This document shows, one piece after another, positions 21,943 to 30,832 of a stretch of 61,881 bases of DNA. Numbering within the stretch: the stretch's first letter is position 1; every line of letters begins with the position of its first letter. Source of the stretch: Rhodospirillaceae bacterium (GTDB taxonomy: Bacteria > Pseudomonadota > Alphaproteobacteria > Rhodospirillales > Rhodospirillaceae); the NCBI GenBank assembly GCA_041676205.1, contig JBAYSM010000001.1, forward strand, positions 1 through 61,881, written 5' to 3'. The position numbers and the translations under genes are program-made. The notes under the pieces are model-generated. The model did no database searches. It was not told the origin of the DNA and was given only the letters and a program-made list of their open reading frames with translations.

Positions 21943-22557
21943 TTACAGCTCGCCGTATTCCAGGCGTTGCCCGTCGCCGGAAGTCGCCGGAAGGGGTGCC
22001 GGTCGGGCTTGCGCGGCAGGGGGAGGCGCTGTTGTCTGGGGCGCGGCGGACAGTGCTGCCGTGGGGGTGGGCACTTCGTCGTGGTCGTCGTCGTGGCGGT
22101 CGGTGCGGTCCTTGTCGCGCATGGCCCGGCCCAGGGCCGCGCGGCGCGACAAGTCTTCCTTGATCGCGGCGACGTCGGTTTCCAGGCTTTTCATGCGGCG
22201 TTGCAGATCGACCAGGGTGGACTGCATGGCGGCCTTGTCGGCGCGGCCGGCGTCGGTCAGGTCGCGCAGCGTCTTTTGCAGTTGCTCGTCGATGGCCTTG
22301 ATGCGGCGCTCGTTGTCTTGCTGCACGTTTTCACGCAGCCGCCCGGCGTCGTCGCCTAGCTCCTTGCGCAGCGCCTTGCCGCGCCGGTCCATTTCGCCTT
22401 CCATGCGGGCGATGGCGCTTTCCACGTCGGCGCGCAGTTCGACCTTGATCTGATAGGCGTTCTTGACCAGCGACGAGACATAGGACATCAGCCCGACGCC
22501 CATGACCAAGACCAAGGCAATGGCCAGGGTTATTCCCGCTACGGCTCCGAAGCTCAT
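21943..22557 (-). CDS. Membrane-anchored coiled-coil hypothetical protein
   Basis: N-terminal TM, long heptad-rich helix, low-complexity tail; AGGAGG RBS. Confidence 0.8.
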   Translation of the reverse strand: MSFGAVAGITLAIALVLVMGVGLMSYVSSLVKNAYQIKVELRADVESAIARMEGEMDRRGKALRKELGDDAGRLRENVQQDNERRIKAIDEQLQKTLRDLTDAGRADKAAMQSTLVDLQRRMKSLETDVAAIKEDLSRRAALGRAMRDKDRTDRHDDDHDEVPTPTAALSAAPQTTAPPPAAQARPAPLPATSGDGQRLEYGEL

Positions 22558-22757
22558 TGGCTGGGGCCCCCTCCTGCGCCCATTGTGCGTGCTGGGTCAT
22601 CGTCGTAACGGCTTGACGGTGCCGCCCCTCCACGCCGATGATCGGCCAGCCCGAACACTGTCCATTATCTCTGGTGTGGATGCAAGGGTGGTTGCTCGGC
22701 GCCAGGAACGCCCTCATGTAGGCACATGCGCATCGTCACGATGGAGCGTTGAACATC

Positions 22758-24176
22758 ATGGAGCAGTCTGCCTCTGCCCGCCGCCGCTCGGCTGCTACGG
22801 CCGCCGGCGCCCCCGATACCACGCCGCCGACGACCACCGAGGAGTTGATCGCCTGGATCACCGCGCGCGGCATGACCGAGGTGGAGTGCCTTGTTCCCGA
22901 CATGGCCGGAGTTCCGCGCGGCAAGATCCTGCCGGCCCACAAGTTCATCGGCGGCCTGCACGAGCGTGGCTTGCGCCTACCGGAGTCCCTGTTCATCCAA
23001 TCGGTGACGGGCGATTACCCCGAAGAAGACATCATGCCCGACATCGACCAGGACATGTACCTGCGGCCCGATCCGTCGAGCATCCGCGTGGTGCCGTGGT
23101 ACGACGAGCCGACCGCGCAGGTCATCAACGACTGCTTTTACCGCGATGGCAGCCCGGTGGAGATGGCCCCCCGGCATGTCCTGCGCCGGGTGCTGGCATT
23201 GTATGAGGCGCGCGGCTGGCGGCCCGTCGTGGCGCCGGAACTGGAGTTCTATCTGGTCAAGGTCAACACCGATCCCGATTACCCGCTGGAGCCGCCCATC
23301 GGGCGGTCGGGGCGGCCGGAGATCGGTCGTCAGGCGTTCGGCATCGACGCGGTGAACGAGTTCGACCCGCTGTTCGAGGATGTCTACGACTACGCCGAGG
23401 CGCAGAACCTGGACGTCGATACGCTGCACCACGAAGGCGGCGCGGCGCAGATGGAGATCAATTTCGAGCACGGCGAAGCCATGTCGCTGGCCGATCAAGT
23501 GTTTCTGTTCAAGCGAACCCTGCACCAGACGGCGCTGCGCCACAATCTCTACGCCACCTTCATGGCCAAACCGTTGGAAGGCCAGCCGGGCAGCGCCATG
23601 CACCTGCATCAGTCGATTGTGGAAGAGGCCACCGGAACCAACTTGTTTGCCACGCCCGATGGCGGGGAAAGCGACCTGTTCCGCTGGCACATCGGCGGCC
23701 TTCAGAAGTTCCTTCCGCAGGCGATGCTTTTGCTGGCCCCCAACGTCAACAGCTACAGGCGGCTGGTGAAGAATTTCTCGGCCCCCATCAACATGCACTG
23801 GGGGCATGACAACCGCACCGTGGGCCTGCGCGTCCCGGTGTCCCAGCCGGCCAACATGCGCATTGAAAACCGCCTGTCGGGGGCCGATGCCAACCCTTAT
23901 CTGGCCATCGCGGCATCGTTGGTGTGCGGGTATCTGGGGATGATCGACGAGATCGAGCCAACCAAGCCGATCACCGGGTCGGGCTACACCAAGGCCCATG
24001 CCTTGCCCAAACACCTGCCCGACGCCATCGAACGGTTCCAGCACGCCCGTCGCCTGCACGATGTCCTGGGCGAAATGTTCTGCGCCGCCTTTGCCGCCGT
24101 GAAGGGCGCGGAGTGGGATGCCTATCAGGACGTCATCAGTTCCTGGGAACGCGAGTACCTGTTGCTGAACGTGTAG
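22758..24176 (+). CDS. Glutamine synthetase-like protein (gamma-glutamylpolyamine synthetase, PuuA/SpuI-like)
   Basis: APELEFY, HEGGAAQMEINF, FMAKP..GQPGSAMH and ISSWEREYLLLNV; no GSI adenylylation motif. Confidence 0.9.
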   Translation: MEQSASARRRSAATAAGAPDTTPPTTTEELIAWITARGMTEVECLVPDMAGVPRGKILPAHKFIGGLHERGLRLPESLFIQSVTGDYPEEDIMPDIDQDMYLRPDPSSIRVVPWYDEPTAQVINDCFYRDGSPVEMAPRHVLRRVLALYEARGWRPVVAPELEFYLVKVNTDPDYPLEPPIGRSGRPEIGRQAFGIDAVNEFDPLFEDVYDYAEAQNLDVDTLHHEGGAAQMEINFEHGEAMSLADQVFLFKRTLHQTALRHNLYATFMAKPLEGQPGSAMHLHQSIVEEATGTNLFATPDGGESDLFRWHIGGLQKFLPQAMLLLAPNVNSYRRLVKNFSAPINMHWGHDNRTVGLRVPVSQPANMRIENRLSGADANPYLAIAASLVCGYLGMIDEIEPTKPITGSGYTKAHALPKHLPDAIERFQHARRLHDVLGEMFCAAFAAVKGAEWDAYQDVISSWEREYLLLNV

Positions 24177-24238
24177 GGCATGAAAACGGCGCCCCACCAC
24201 GCGATGGGGCGCCGTCCCGCACTGTTCAGGGCGAAGCG

Positions 24239-24847
24239 TTACTGGCTGCTGCCACCCGTTGTCCCACTGGGCGGAGTGCCCGTGCTGGGGCTGCTTTCCA
24301 TGCCGGGGCTGGTGGTCCCCAGGCTCGGCGAGGTGCTCATGCCGGGGCTGGCGGGCGGCTCCTCGGACGGCGTTTCGGCCGTCTGGGGCTGCATGTTGCT
24401 GATGTCGACGTCCAGGGCCTGCAGGGTTTCGGTGTCGGGTTCACCGCTTGCCTGAGCTTGCCCTTGCTGCTGCTGGAAGTCACGCAGCGCCTGCTGGGTA
24501 TTCGGACCCCACACGCCATCGACTTCAAGGTCCGCGGCCCCTTGATCCTTCAGGGCCTGCTGAATCTGCCGCACGGCTTCGGAGTCTTCGGTGATCTGCG
24601 CGGTCTGCCCGGACGAACCCATGGCGGATGACCCGCTCATGGACGAACCGCTGGCAGGCTCGCTGCCGACTTGGCTGGACTGCGCGCTGCTGCCGGAACT
24701 GACATCACCAGAAACGCTGCCCTGACCTGACACTCCGGTCGGGGCCGCGCTGCTGTCGGAGGCCTGCGAACCCGTACCGGCGGCGTGGGCAGAACCAGCG
24801 GCCAACGCGGCGGCCAGAATAGTCGAAAGAAGAAGCTGCTTTTTCAT
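24239..24847 (-). CDS. Secreted peptidoglycan-binding protein with Ser/Gly/Pro-rich disordered flanks
   Basis: Signal peptide; VRQIQQALK...VDGVWGPNTQQALRDFQ PG_binding_1 motif. Confidence 0.88.
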   Translation of the reverse strand: MKKQLLLSTILAAALAAGSAHAAGTGSQASDSSAAPTGVSGQGSVSGDVSSGSSAQSSQVGSEPASGSSMSGSSAMGSSGQTAQITEDSEAVRQIQQALKDQGAADLEVDGVWGPNTQQALRDFQQQQGQAQASGEPDTETLQALDVDISNMQPQTAETPSEEPPASPGMSTSPSLGTTSPGMESSPSTGTPPSGTTGGSSQ

Positions 24848-24907
24848 GGGGAAACTCCTGGTGAATTCAAAATGCGGAGCCGAAGCTCCAAGGGTGGCGT
24901 GCCTAAC

Positions 24908-24932
24908 AACGCCTGCCGGCCATGGGCGTTCG
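24908..24932 (-). promoter_or_regulatory. Candidate EcfG (general stress) promoter
   Basis: - strand CGAAC-N16-CGTT; one mismatch to GGAAC-N16/17-CGTT. Confidence 0.5.
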
Positions 24933-24960
24933 CCCAAATTGCCGGGGGGTAGGCTCGGCT

Positions 24961-25434
24961 CTAATGGGAAACGCCCAGGCGGCGGGCCTCTGCGGCGGGG
25001 TCGCGGTCCTGCACGACGCGCAAACCGGCGTCTTCGGCAACGCGCGCGGCATCGTCGTTGCGGGCGCCGGGCGCGAACCACAACACCTTGAGGCCGAAGG
25101 GATCTTTGGCGTGACGAGCACCCTCGGCGGCCATCTCGGCATCCTTTGGGGTGCCGTAGACGAGAACCATGTCGATGGTGGATGAAATGTCGGCCACCCG
25201 GCCCGGTACCACCTCGCCCAGATGAAACTCGCCAGCCAGATCAGGATTGACCGGGATCACGCGATATCCCTCCATGCGCAGATCCAGAGCGTGCTTTTCG
25301 CTGTCCTGGCCGGGCTTGTAGCCGATGACCGCCACCTTGAAGGTGTCGTTGAGGCATTCACGCAGATAGTCGTCGGGATAAGGAATAGGGCCGCCGGTGC
25401 CGACGGCGTCTGCCGTGTGGCGGAACTCGGTCAT
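24961..25434 (-). CDS. Divergent YccU-like CoA-binding protein (paralog 3)
   Basis: GYRVIPVNP retained; several family motifs replaced; GGAGG RBS. Confidence 0.8.
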   Translation of the reverse strand: MTEFRHTADAVGTGGPIPYPDDYLRECLNDTFKVAVIGYKPGQDSEKHALDLRMEGYRVIPVNPDLAGEFHLGEVVPGRVADISSTIDMVLVYGTPKDAEMAAEGARHAKDPFGLKVLWFAPGARNDDAARVAEDAGLRVVQDRDPAAEARRLGVSH

Positions 25435-25502
25435 GGGTGCCTCCGTCGGAGTGATGTCTCCGACAGCAACGCGTGCGGGGTGCTTACGGGTGCAGGCGGG
25501 GC

Positions 25503-25979
25503 TTAGAGGTGCAGGCGGGCGATTTCCACCTTGATGCAGCGGTTCATGACCACCTTCAGGCCCGCCGCCTCGGCCCGCTGGGCCGCGGAATCGCTGCGGA
25601 TGCCGGACTGGAGCCAGATGCCGTGGATGCCCTTCGCGGCCGCTACGGCAATGGCTTCGTCCACCACGGCGCCCGCCGCGTCGGAGTTGCGGAACACGTT
25701 GACCAGATCAATGGGGGCGGGCACGTCGGAGAGGCGCGCCCGCACCGTTTGGCCCAGGAACTCCTGCCCCGCGAGGCCGGGATTGACCGGAATGACCCGG
25801 TATCCCTTGGCCTTGAGGAACAGGGCGATATCGTGGCTTGGCCGCGACCGGGTGGCGGAGAAGCCCACCACGGCGATGGACTTCACGCCGTCCAGGACCG
25901 ACGCCAGATAGTCGTCGGGGTAGGGGATGCGGCTCCACAGATCGTCGGGCAGGACGTCGGGGGAATGGCGGAAGGTCAT
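25503..25979 (-). CDS. YccU-like CoA-binding protein (paralog 2)
   Basis: IAVVGFS...[21 protein letters not shown] and MNRC motifs; ATGA overlap with upstream gene. Confidence 0.9.
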   Translation of the reverse strand: MTFRHSPDVLPDDLWSRIPYPDDYLASVLDGVKSIAVVGFSATRSRPSHDIALFLKAKGYRVIPVNPGLAGQEFLGQTVRARLSDVPAPIDLVNVFRNSDAAGAVVDEAIAVAAAKGIHGIWLQSGIRSDSAAQRAEAAGLKVVMNRCIKVEIARLHL

Positions 25980-27811
25980 GGCAGCTCCAAAAGGGCCTGG
26001 TCCAGATCGCGGATGAGGTCGGCCGCGGTTTCAATGCCGACCGACAGCCGGATCACCTCGTCGCCCGCCCCGGCGGTATTGCGCTGTTCTTCGCTCAATT
26101 GGCGATGGGTGGTGCTGGCCGGGTGCAGGATGAGCGAGCGCGTGTCGCCGATATTGGCCAGATGGCTGAACAGCGTGACCCGCTCGACCAGCGCCTTGCC
26201 CGCCGCGTAGCCGCCCTTGAGGCCGAAAGTGAACACGGCGCCCGGACCCTTGGGCAGATACTTTTCCTGCAACGCCTTGTAGGGCGACCCGTCCAGCCCG
26301 GCATGGCTGACCCACGCCACGGCGGGATGCCCGGCCAGGAACTGGGCCACCTTGGTCGCGTTCTCCACATGGCGTTCCATGCGCAGGTGCAGCGTCTCGA
26401 TGCCGCTGATGGTCAGCCACGCGTTCATCGGACTGAGCGCCGGGCCGAAGTCGCGCAGCGCCACGGCGCGGGCCTTGGTGGTGAAGGCGAAATCGCCGAA
26501 CGTTTCATAGAAGGTCAGGCCGTGGTAAGCCGGTTCGGGCTGGGCCAGCGACGGGAACTTGTCGTTTTTGGCCCAGTCGAAACGCCCGCTTTCCACAATG
26601 GCCCCGCCGACCGCGTTGCCGTGCCCGGACAGGAACTTGGTGGTCGAATGGACCACGATGTCGGCCCCCCATTCGATGGGGCGGCAGAGGTAGGGCGTCG
26701 CCATGGTGTTGTCGACGATCAGCGGAATGCCTGCGTCCTCGGCCACGCGGGCGACGGCCTCGATATCCACGATGATGCCGCCGGGATTGGCCAGAGCCTC
26801 GATAAAGATCGCCTTGGTCTTGGGCGTGATGGCGGCGCGGAAGTTGTCAGGGGCCGACGGGTCAACGAAGTGACAGGTCCACCCCAGTTTGCGGAACGAC
26901 TGCCCGAACTGGGTGATCGACCCGCCATAGAGGTTGCGGCTGGCGATGAACTCGTCGCCCGGCTCCAGCAGGGTGAAGAACGTCATGAACTGCGCGGCGT
27001 GGCCCGACGCGCAGCACACCGCCGCCCGGCCGCCTTCAAGGCTCGCGATGCGTTCTTCGAGGACGCTGACGGTGGGGTTGGTCAGGCGCGAGTAGATGTA
27101 GCCAAAGGTGTGCAGGTTGAACAGGTTGGCCGCGTGGTCGGCGTCGTCGAACACATACGACGTGGTCTGGAAAATCGGCGTGGAGCGCGCCCCGGTGGTT
27201 GGGTCGGGCGAAGCTCCGGCGTGGATCGCCAGGGTTTCAAACCCGCAGTCGCTCAGGCCGTCGCTGTTGCCCCGGCCCGGCGCCTTGCGCTTCTTGCTGG
27301 AGACGATGCCGGAATTGACGCCCTGCCACGACAATTCGCCGCCCAGGCGACCGTATTCGATCTTTGGGCAGCGGTTCATGACCACGGCAAGGCCCGCCTG
27401 CTCGGCCCGCATGGCGGCATCGTCGTTGCGCACGGCAAGCTGCATCCACACCACCTTGAGGCCAAGGCGCTTGGCTTGTGCAATCGCCTCGTCGGTGACG
27501 GCCCCGGCAGCGGCCGAATTGCGGAAGATATCCACCATGTCCACGTGATCGGGAATGTCAGCCAGCGAGGCATAAACCTGCTCGCCCAGCAAGGTCTGTC
27601 CGGCCAGCTTCGGGTTGACCGGGATGACCCGATAGCCCTTTTCCTGCATGTACTTCATGACGAAGTGGCTGGGCCGGTTGGCATCGGCCGAGGCACCCAC
27701 CAAGGCGATCGTCTTCACCTGCGCCAGAATCTCCCGCAGATAGGCGGCTGGATAGGGAAGGGTGGCATTAGGATCGTCGGGCAGAACGGCCGAAACGTGC
27801 AGGAAGGTCAT
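25976..27811 (-). CDS. metY: Fusion of a YccU-like CoA-binding domain and O-acetylhomoserine sulfhydrylase (MetY)
   Basis: N-terminal ~160 aa CoA-binding domain, then [29 protein letters not shown] (PLP Lys) and HLANIGD. Confidence 0.92.
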   Translation of the reverse strand: MTFLHVSAVLPDDPNATLPYPAAYLREILAQVKTIALVGASADANRPSHFVMKYMQEKGYRVIPVNPKLAGQTLLGEQVYASLADIPDHVDMVDIFRNSAAAGAVTDEAIAQAKRLGLKVVWMQLAVRNDDAAMRAEQAGLAVVMNRCPKIEYGRLGGELSWQGVNSGIVSSKKRKAPGRGNSDGLSDCGFETLAIHAGASPDPTTGARSTPIFQTTSYVFDDADHAANLFNLHTFGYIYSRLTNPTVSVLEERIASLEGGRAAVCCASGHAAQFMTFFTLLEPGDEFIASRNLYGGSITQFGQSFRKLGWTCHFVDPSAPDNFRAAITPKTKAIFIEALANPGGIIVDIEAVARVAEDAGIPLIVDNTMATPYLCRPIEWGADIVVHSTTKFLSGHGNAVGGAIVESGRFDWAKNDKFPSLAQPEPAYHGLTFYETFGDFAFTTKARAVALRDFGPALSPMNAWLTISGIETLHLRMERHVENATKVAQFLAGHPAVAWVSHAGLDGSPYKALQEKYLPKGPGAVFTFGLKGGYAAGKALVERVTLFSHLANIGDTRSLILHPASTTHRQLSEEQRNTAGAGDEVIRLSVGIETAADLIRDLDQALLELP

Positions 27812-27862
27812 AGCATGGGGACTCCGCGGTCAGAAACGAGACCGAGTGTACCCAAATCATTC

Positions 27863-28420
27863 CTACCAGGGTAGCAGGCGTCGCAACCCCCGCCGCAGCC
27901 CCGGACTAAGGCCCACGGCCACGCCCAGGCCAAGCCCTGCGGCGAGCAGCCGCACGGGATGCGCCGCCACGGCGGCATGGGCACGCGCGCCGACCGCCAT
28001 GCCGTGATCGAGCATCATGGCGTGGGTTGTTGGCGGCGCTGGCGGCGGTGTGGCCTTCCGGCCCGTCGCTGGCGAGGGCGGCGGGGGCGCGGCGGCCAGC
28101 CCCATGGCGGTGAATGGGGCTACGGCACCCTTGAGGGCGACCTGAGCCGCGCGGCGGCGCGTGCGGCCGATCAGCGACCCGGTGAGCCATACCACCAAGG
28201 CCAGGATCAAGGCTCCGGCCGCCACCGACAACGCGGCGGCAACCGGACTCATGTCTTCTGCCAGCGCCAAAAAAAGGGCGGTTCCGGCAAAGCCCAGGGC
28301 GAGCATCACAAGAACGCCCACGATGATGAGGCTGACCGCGCTGATGACGGTGGCGGACAGATGCAGCTTGAGGGCCGATTTGACCACGTTGGCTTGGGCC
28401 GAGAGTGCTCCCAGGATCAT
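27863..28420 (-). CDS. YqjE/holin-like membrane protein
   Basis: Two TM segments, Pro-rich linker, C-terminal HP...AAGLGLG hydrophobic tail; follows the DUF883 gene. Confidence 0.6.
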   Translation of the reverse strand: MILGALSAQANVVKSALKLHLSATVISAVSLIIVGVLVMLALGFAGTALFLALAEDMSPVAAALSVAAGALILALVVWLTGSLIGRTRRRAAQVALKGAVAPFTAMGLAAAPPPPSPATGRKATPPPAPPTTHAMMLDHGMAVGARAHAAVAAHPVRLLAAGLGLGVAVGLSPGLRRGLRRLLPW

Positions 28421-28444
28421 GCGGCGTTCCCCCTAGGCGGTTGC

Positions 28445-28750
28445 TCAGCGGCGGCCGAGCAAGGCGCCCAGGACGATGCCGATGGCAAACGCCCCGGCCA
28501 GGGTCGACAGCGGATGCGCCTTGACCTGCTCGCGCGCCTTGCCGGTGGCTTCTTCGGCCTGTTTGCGCGCCTGATCGCCATAGACGCGGGCATGGCCATA
28601 GGCTTCGCGCAGGCTTGCCATTCCGTGGCGTCCGGCGTCTTCGGCAGTTTCACCCAATTGTTCGGAATAGGTGGCGAGTTGCTGGCGCAGGCGGTCCATG
28701 TCGTCCTGCAAGCGCGATAGTTGCTTCCTCGGGCCTCCGTGCGACAGCAT
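28445..28750 (-). CDS. DUF883/ElaB/YqjD family tail-anchored protein
   Basis: Helical body ending VKAHPLSTLAGAFAIGIVLGALLGRR. Confidence 0.88.
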   Translation of the reverse strand: MLSHGGPRKQLSRLQDDMDRLRQQLATYSEQLGETAEDAGRHGMASLREAYGHARVYGDQARKQAEEATGKAREQVKAHPLSTLAGAFAIGIVLGALLGRR

Positions 28751-28806
28751 GGTCGTCTCCCCATGGGCATCCGTGAGGGCGCGAATTCGCCTTCATTCGC
28801 ATCATC

Positions 28807-28832
28807 AACGCAAAGCGCGTGGCGCAGGTTCC
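28807..28832 (-). promoter_or_regulatory. EcfG (sigmaT/RpoE2) general stress promoter
   Basis: - strand GGAAC-N17-CGTT, exact consensus, ~55 bp upstream of the DUF883 gene. Confidence 0.75.
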
Positions 28833-28971
28833 CTCCTTGGCAGGGGGATCACCTTTTGGGGCGGTTGCGGGTCCATGGGTTGTGTCAGGGCGTTGGTGGG
28901 GCAATATAGGGCGATGGGTTACTCCGTCGTTTCTCATTGGTCCCACTGGGGAATTCCCGTTGCTCATCACA

Positions 28972-30831
28972 ATGCCTTCCGTACCACACCGTGTGTTCAG
29001 CGCCGTTTTGACGGCACTGGTGCTGTCGGGCTGCGCACGCCTGGGGCTTGGTGAGAGCGATCAGTCTGCCTCGGACACGCCGAGTGTGTTTTCCGAGGCT
29101 CCGCCCGTGGAGGGGCCGCGTATTCCCTATGAGGTCACGATTGCCGGGGTCGACGACGGTGACTTGCGCGAAGCCCTGGACGACGCATCGCGTCTGCGCC
29201 AGTTGGCCGATGACGCTCCCGCCTCCATCCTTGCCCTGCGCCGCCGGGCGACCGACGACGCCGACCGCCTGGGCCGCGTCCTGCGCAGCCGTGGGCACTA
29301 TGCCGCGAAGGTCGAGCCGGTCATCGACCAGGATGTTGATCCGGTGCGGGTGACGTTGACCGTGGATCCCGGACCCATCTACGGCATCGTCGAATTCAAT
29401 GTTGAATACGTCGATCCGCCCCCTCCCGCCGATGCCGACGTGCCGCGCGATTTGGCCGCGCTGGAGTTGGAGCAGGGACAGCCGGCGCGGGCAGAGGACG
29501 TACTGGCGGCTGTCGCCAAGGTTGGCGAGACGTTGCGCAATCAAGGCTATCCGTTCGGCCGCACGGTCGGCCATACCGCGCGGGTCGATCATGCCGACCG
29601 CACGATGCGGGTCACGGTGCAGGCGGAAAGCGGCCCTCCGGCGGTGTTTGGCTCCACATCCTTTACCGGCCTGACCAGCGTCGAGGAAAGCTACCTGCAA
29701 CGGCAGATCACCTTTCACGAGGGCGAACGCTTCGATCAGCGCGAAATCCAGGAACTGCGCCGTACCCTTCTGGGCACTGGCCTGTTTCAAGCGGTGTCCA
29801 TCACCCCGGCGGAGGCGGTGGATGCGGACGGCACGCTGCCGCTGACCGTGGAGGTCGAGGAGGCCGACCATCGCAGCATCGGCGTCGGCGCGCGGTACTC
29901 ATCGAGCCTCGGCTTGGGCGCGAACGTGTTCTGGGAACACCGCAACCTGTTCAACCGGGATGAGGATTTCCGGGCCGAGCTGGATGTCTCCGAACGGGCA
30001 CAGACCTTGGGCGCGGACTTCACCAAGCCGACGTTCCTGGGGCGGCGCGGCCAGTTCCTGCGTGGCAATGCCGAGGCGGCGCAGGAAGAATTCGAGGCTT
30101 ATGACCGCACGGGCATTCTCGCCCAGGTCAGCATTGAACGCAGCCTCAGCCCGACGTGGACGGCATCCATCGGAACGGGCGTCGAGTATGCCAAGATCAC
30201 GGACAGCAAGGAAACTCACCGATCGATGCTGTGGGGCGTTCCGCTCCGGGCGTGGCGCGATGCGACAGACAGCCGCCTGGACCCGCGCGAAGGGTCGCGG
30301 CTGGATTTCGGGATCACGCCGTATGTCGGGTCCTATGACGGGCCGGTCATGTTTACCCGCAACATCGCTGAAGGGCGCCTCTATTACCCGCTGACCGACG
30401 ACGGCTGGACGGTGTTGGCCGGACGCGTTGCCGTGGGAGCTATCGCTGGGAGTGAGCGTGACGACATTCCGCCCGACAAACGCTTCTATTCCGGCGGCGG
30501 CGGGTCGCTGCGCGGGTACGGGTATCAGTTGGCCACCGATGTCGATGCCAACGGTAGCCCCATCGGCGGCAAGTCGCTGTTCGAGATAGGCCTGGAACTG
30601 CGGCGGAAAATCACCCAAACCCTCGGCGTGGTGCCATTCATTGAAGGCGGTCGCGCGTTCAGTGACCAGATGCCCAATCCTGCCGACGATCTTTTCTGGG
30701 GGGTAGGGTTGGGGGCGCGGTATTACTCGCCGGTCGGACCGATCCGCTTTGACGTGGCGGTGCCGCTGGACCGTCGTCCGGGCGTGGACGATCCGTATCA
30801 GATCTATATCAGCCTGGGGCAGGCTTTCTGA
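28972..30831 (+). CDS. tamA: Translocation and assembly module TamA (Omp85 family)
   Basis: POTRA region, FYSGGGGSLRGY lid motif, YISLGQAF C-terminus; upstream of tamB. Confidence 0.92.
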   Translation: MPSVPHRVFSAVLTALVLSGCARLGLGESDQSASDTPSVFSEAPPVEGPRIPYEVTIAGVDDGDLREALDDASRLRQLADDAPASILALRRRATDDADRLGRVLRSRGHYAAKVEPVIDQDVDPVRVTLTVDPGPIYGIVEFNVEYVDPPPPADADVPRDLAALELEQGQPARAEDVLAAVAKVGETLRNQGYPFGRTVGHTARVDHADRTMRVTVQAESGPPAVFGSTSFTGLTSVEESYLQRQITFHEGERFDQREIQELRRTLLGTGLFQAVSITPAEAVDADGTLPLTVEVEEADHRSIGVGARYSSSLGLGANVFWEHRNLFNRDEDFRAELDVSERAQTLGADFTKPTFLGRRGQFLRGNAEAAQEEFEAYDRTGILAQVSIERSLSPTWTASIGTGVEYAKITDSKETHRSMLWGVPLRAWRDATDSRLDPREGSRLDFGITPYVGSYDGPVMFTRNIAEGRLYYPLTDDGWTVLAGRVAVGAIAGSERDDIPPDKRFYSGGGGSLRGYGYQLATDVDANGSPIGGKSLFEIGLELRRKITQTLGVVPFIEGGRAFSDQMPNPADDLFWGVGLGARYYSPVGPIRFDVAVPLDRRPGVDDPYQIYISLGQAF

Positions 30832-30832
30832 G

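Noticed and set aside
22758-24176. Second true glutamine synthetase
   Set aside because: It lacks the GSI adenylylation loop and matches the PuuA/SpuI-like gamma-glutamylation subfamily.
24239-24400. SPGM/TGCCGGGGCTGG repeats in the PG-binding protein
   Set aside because: Ordinary low-complexity linker repeats.
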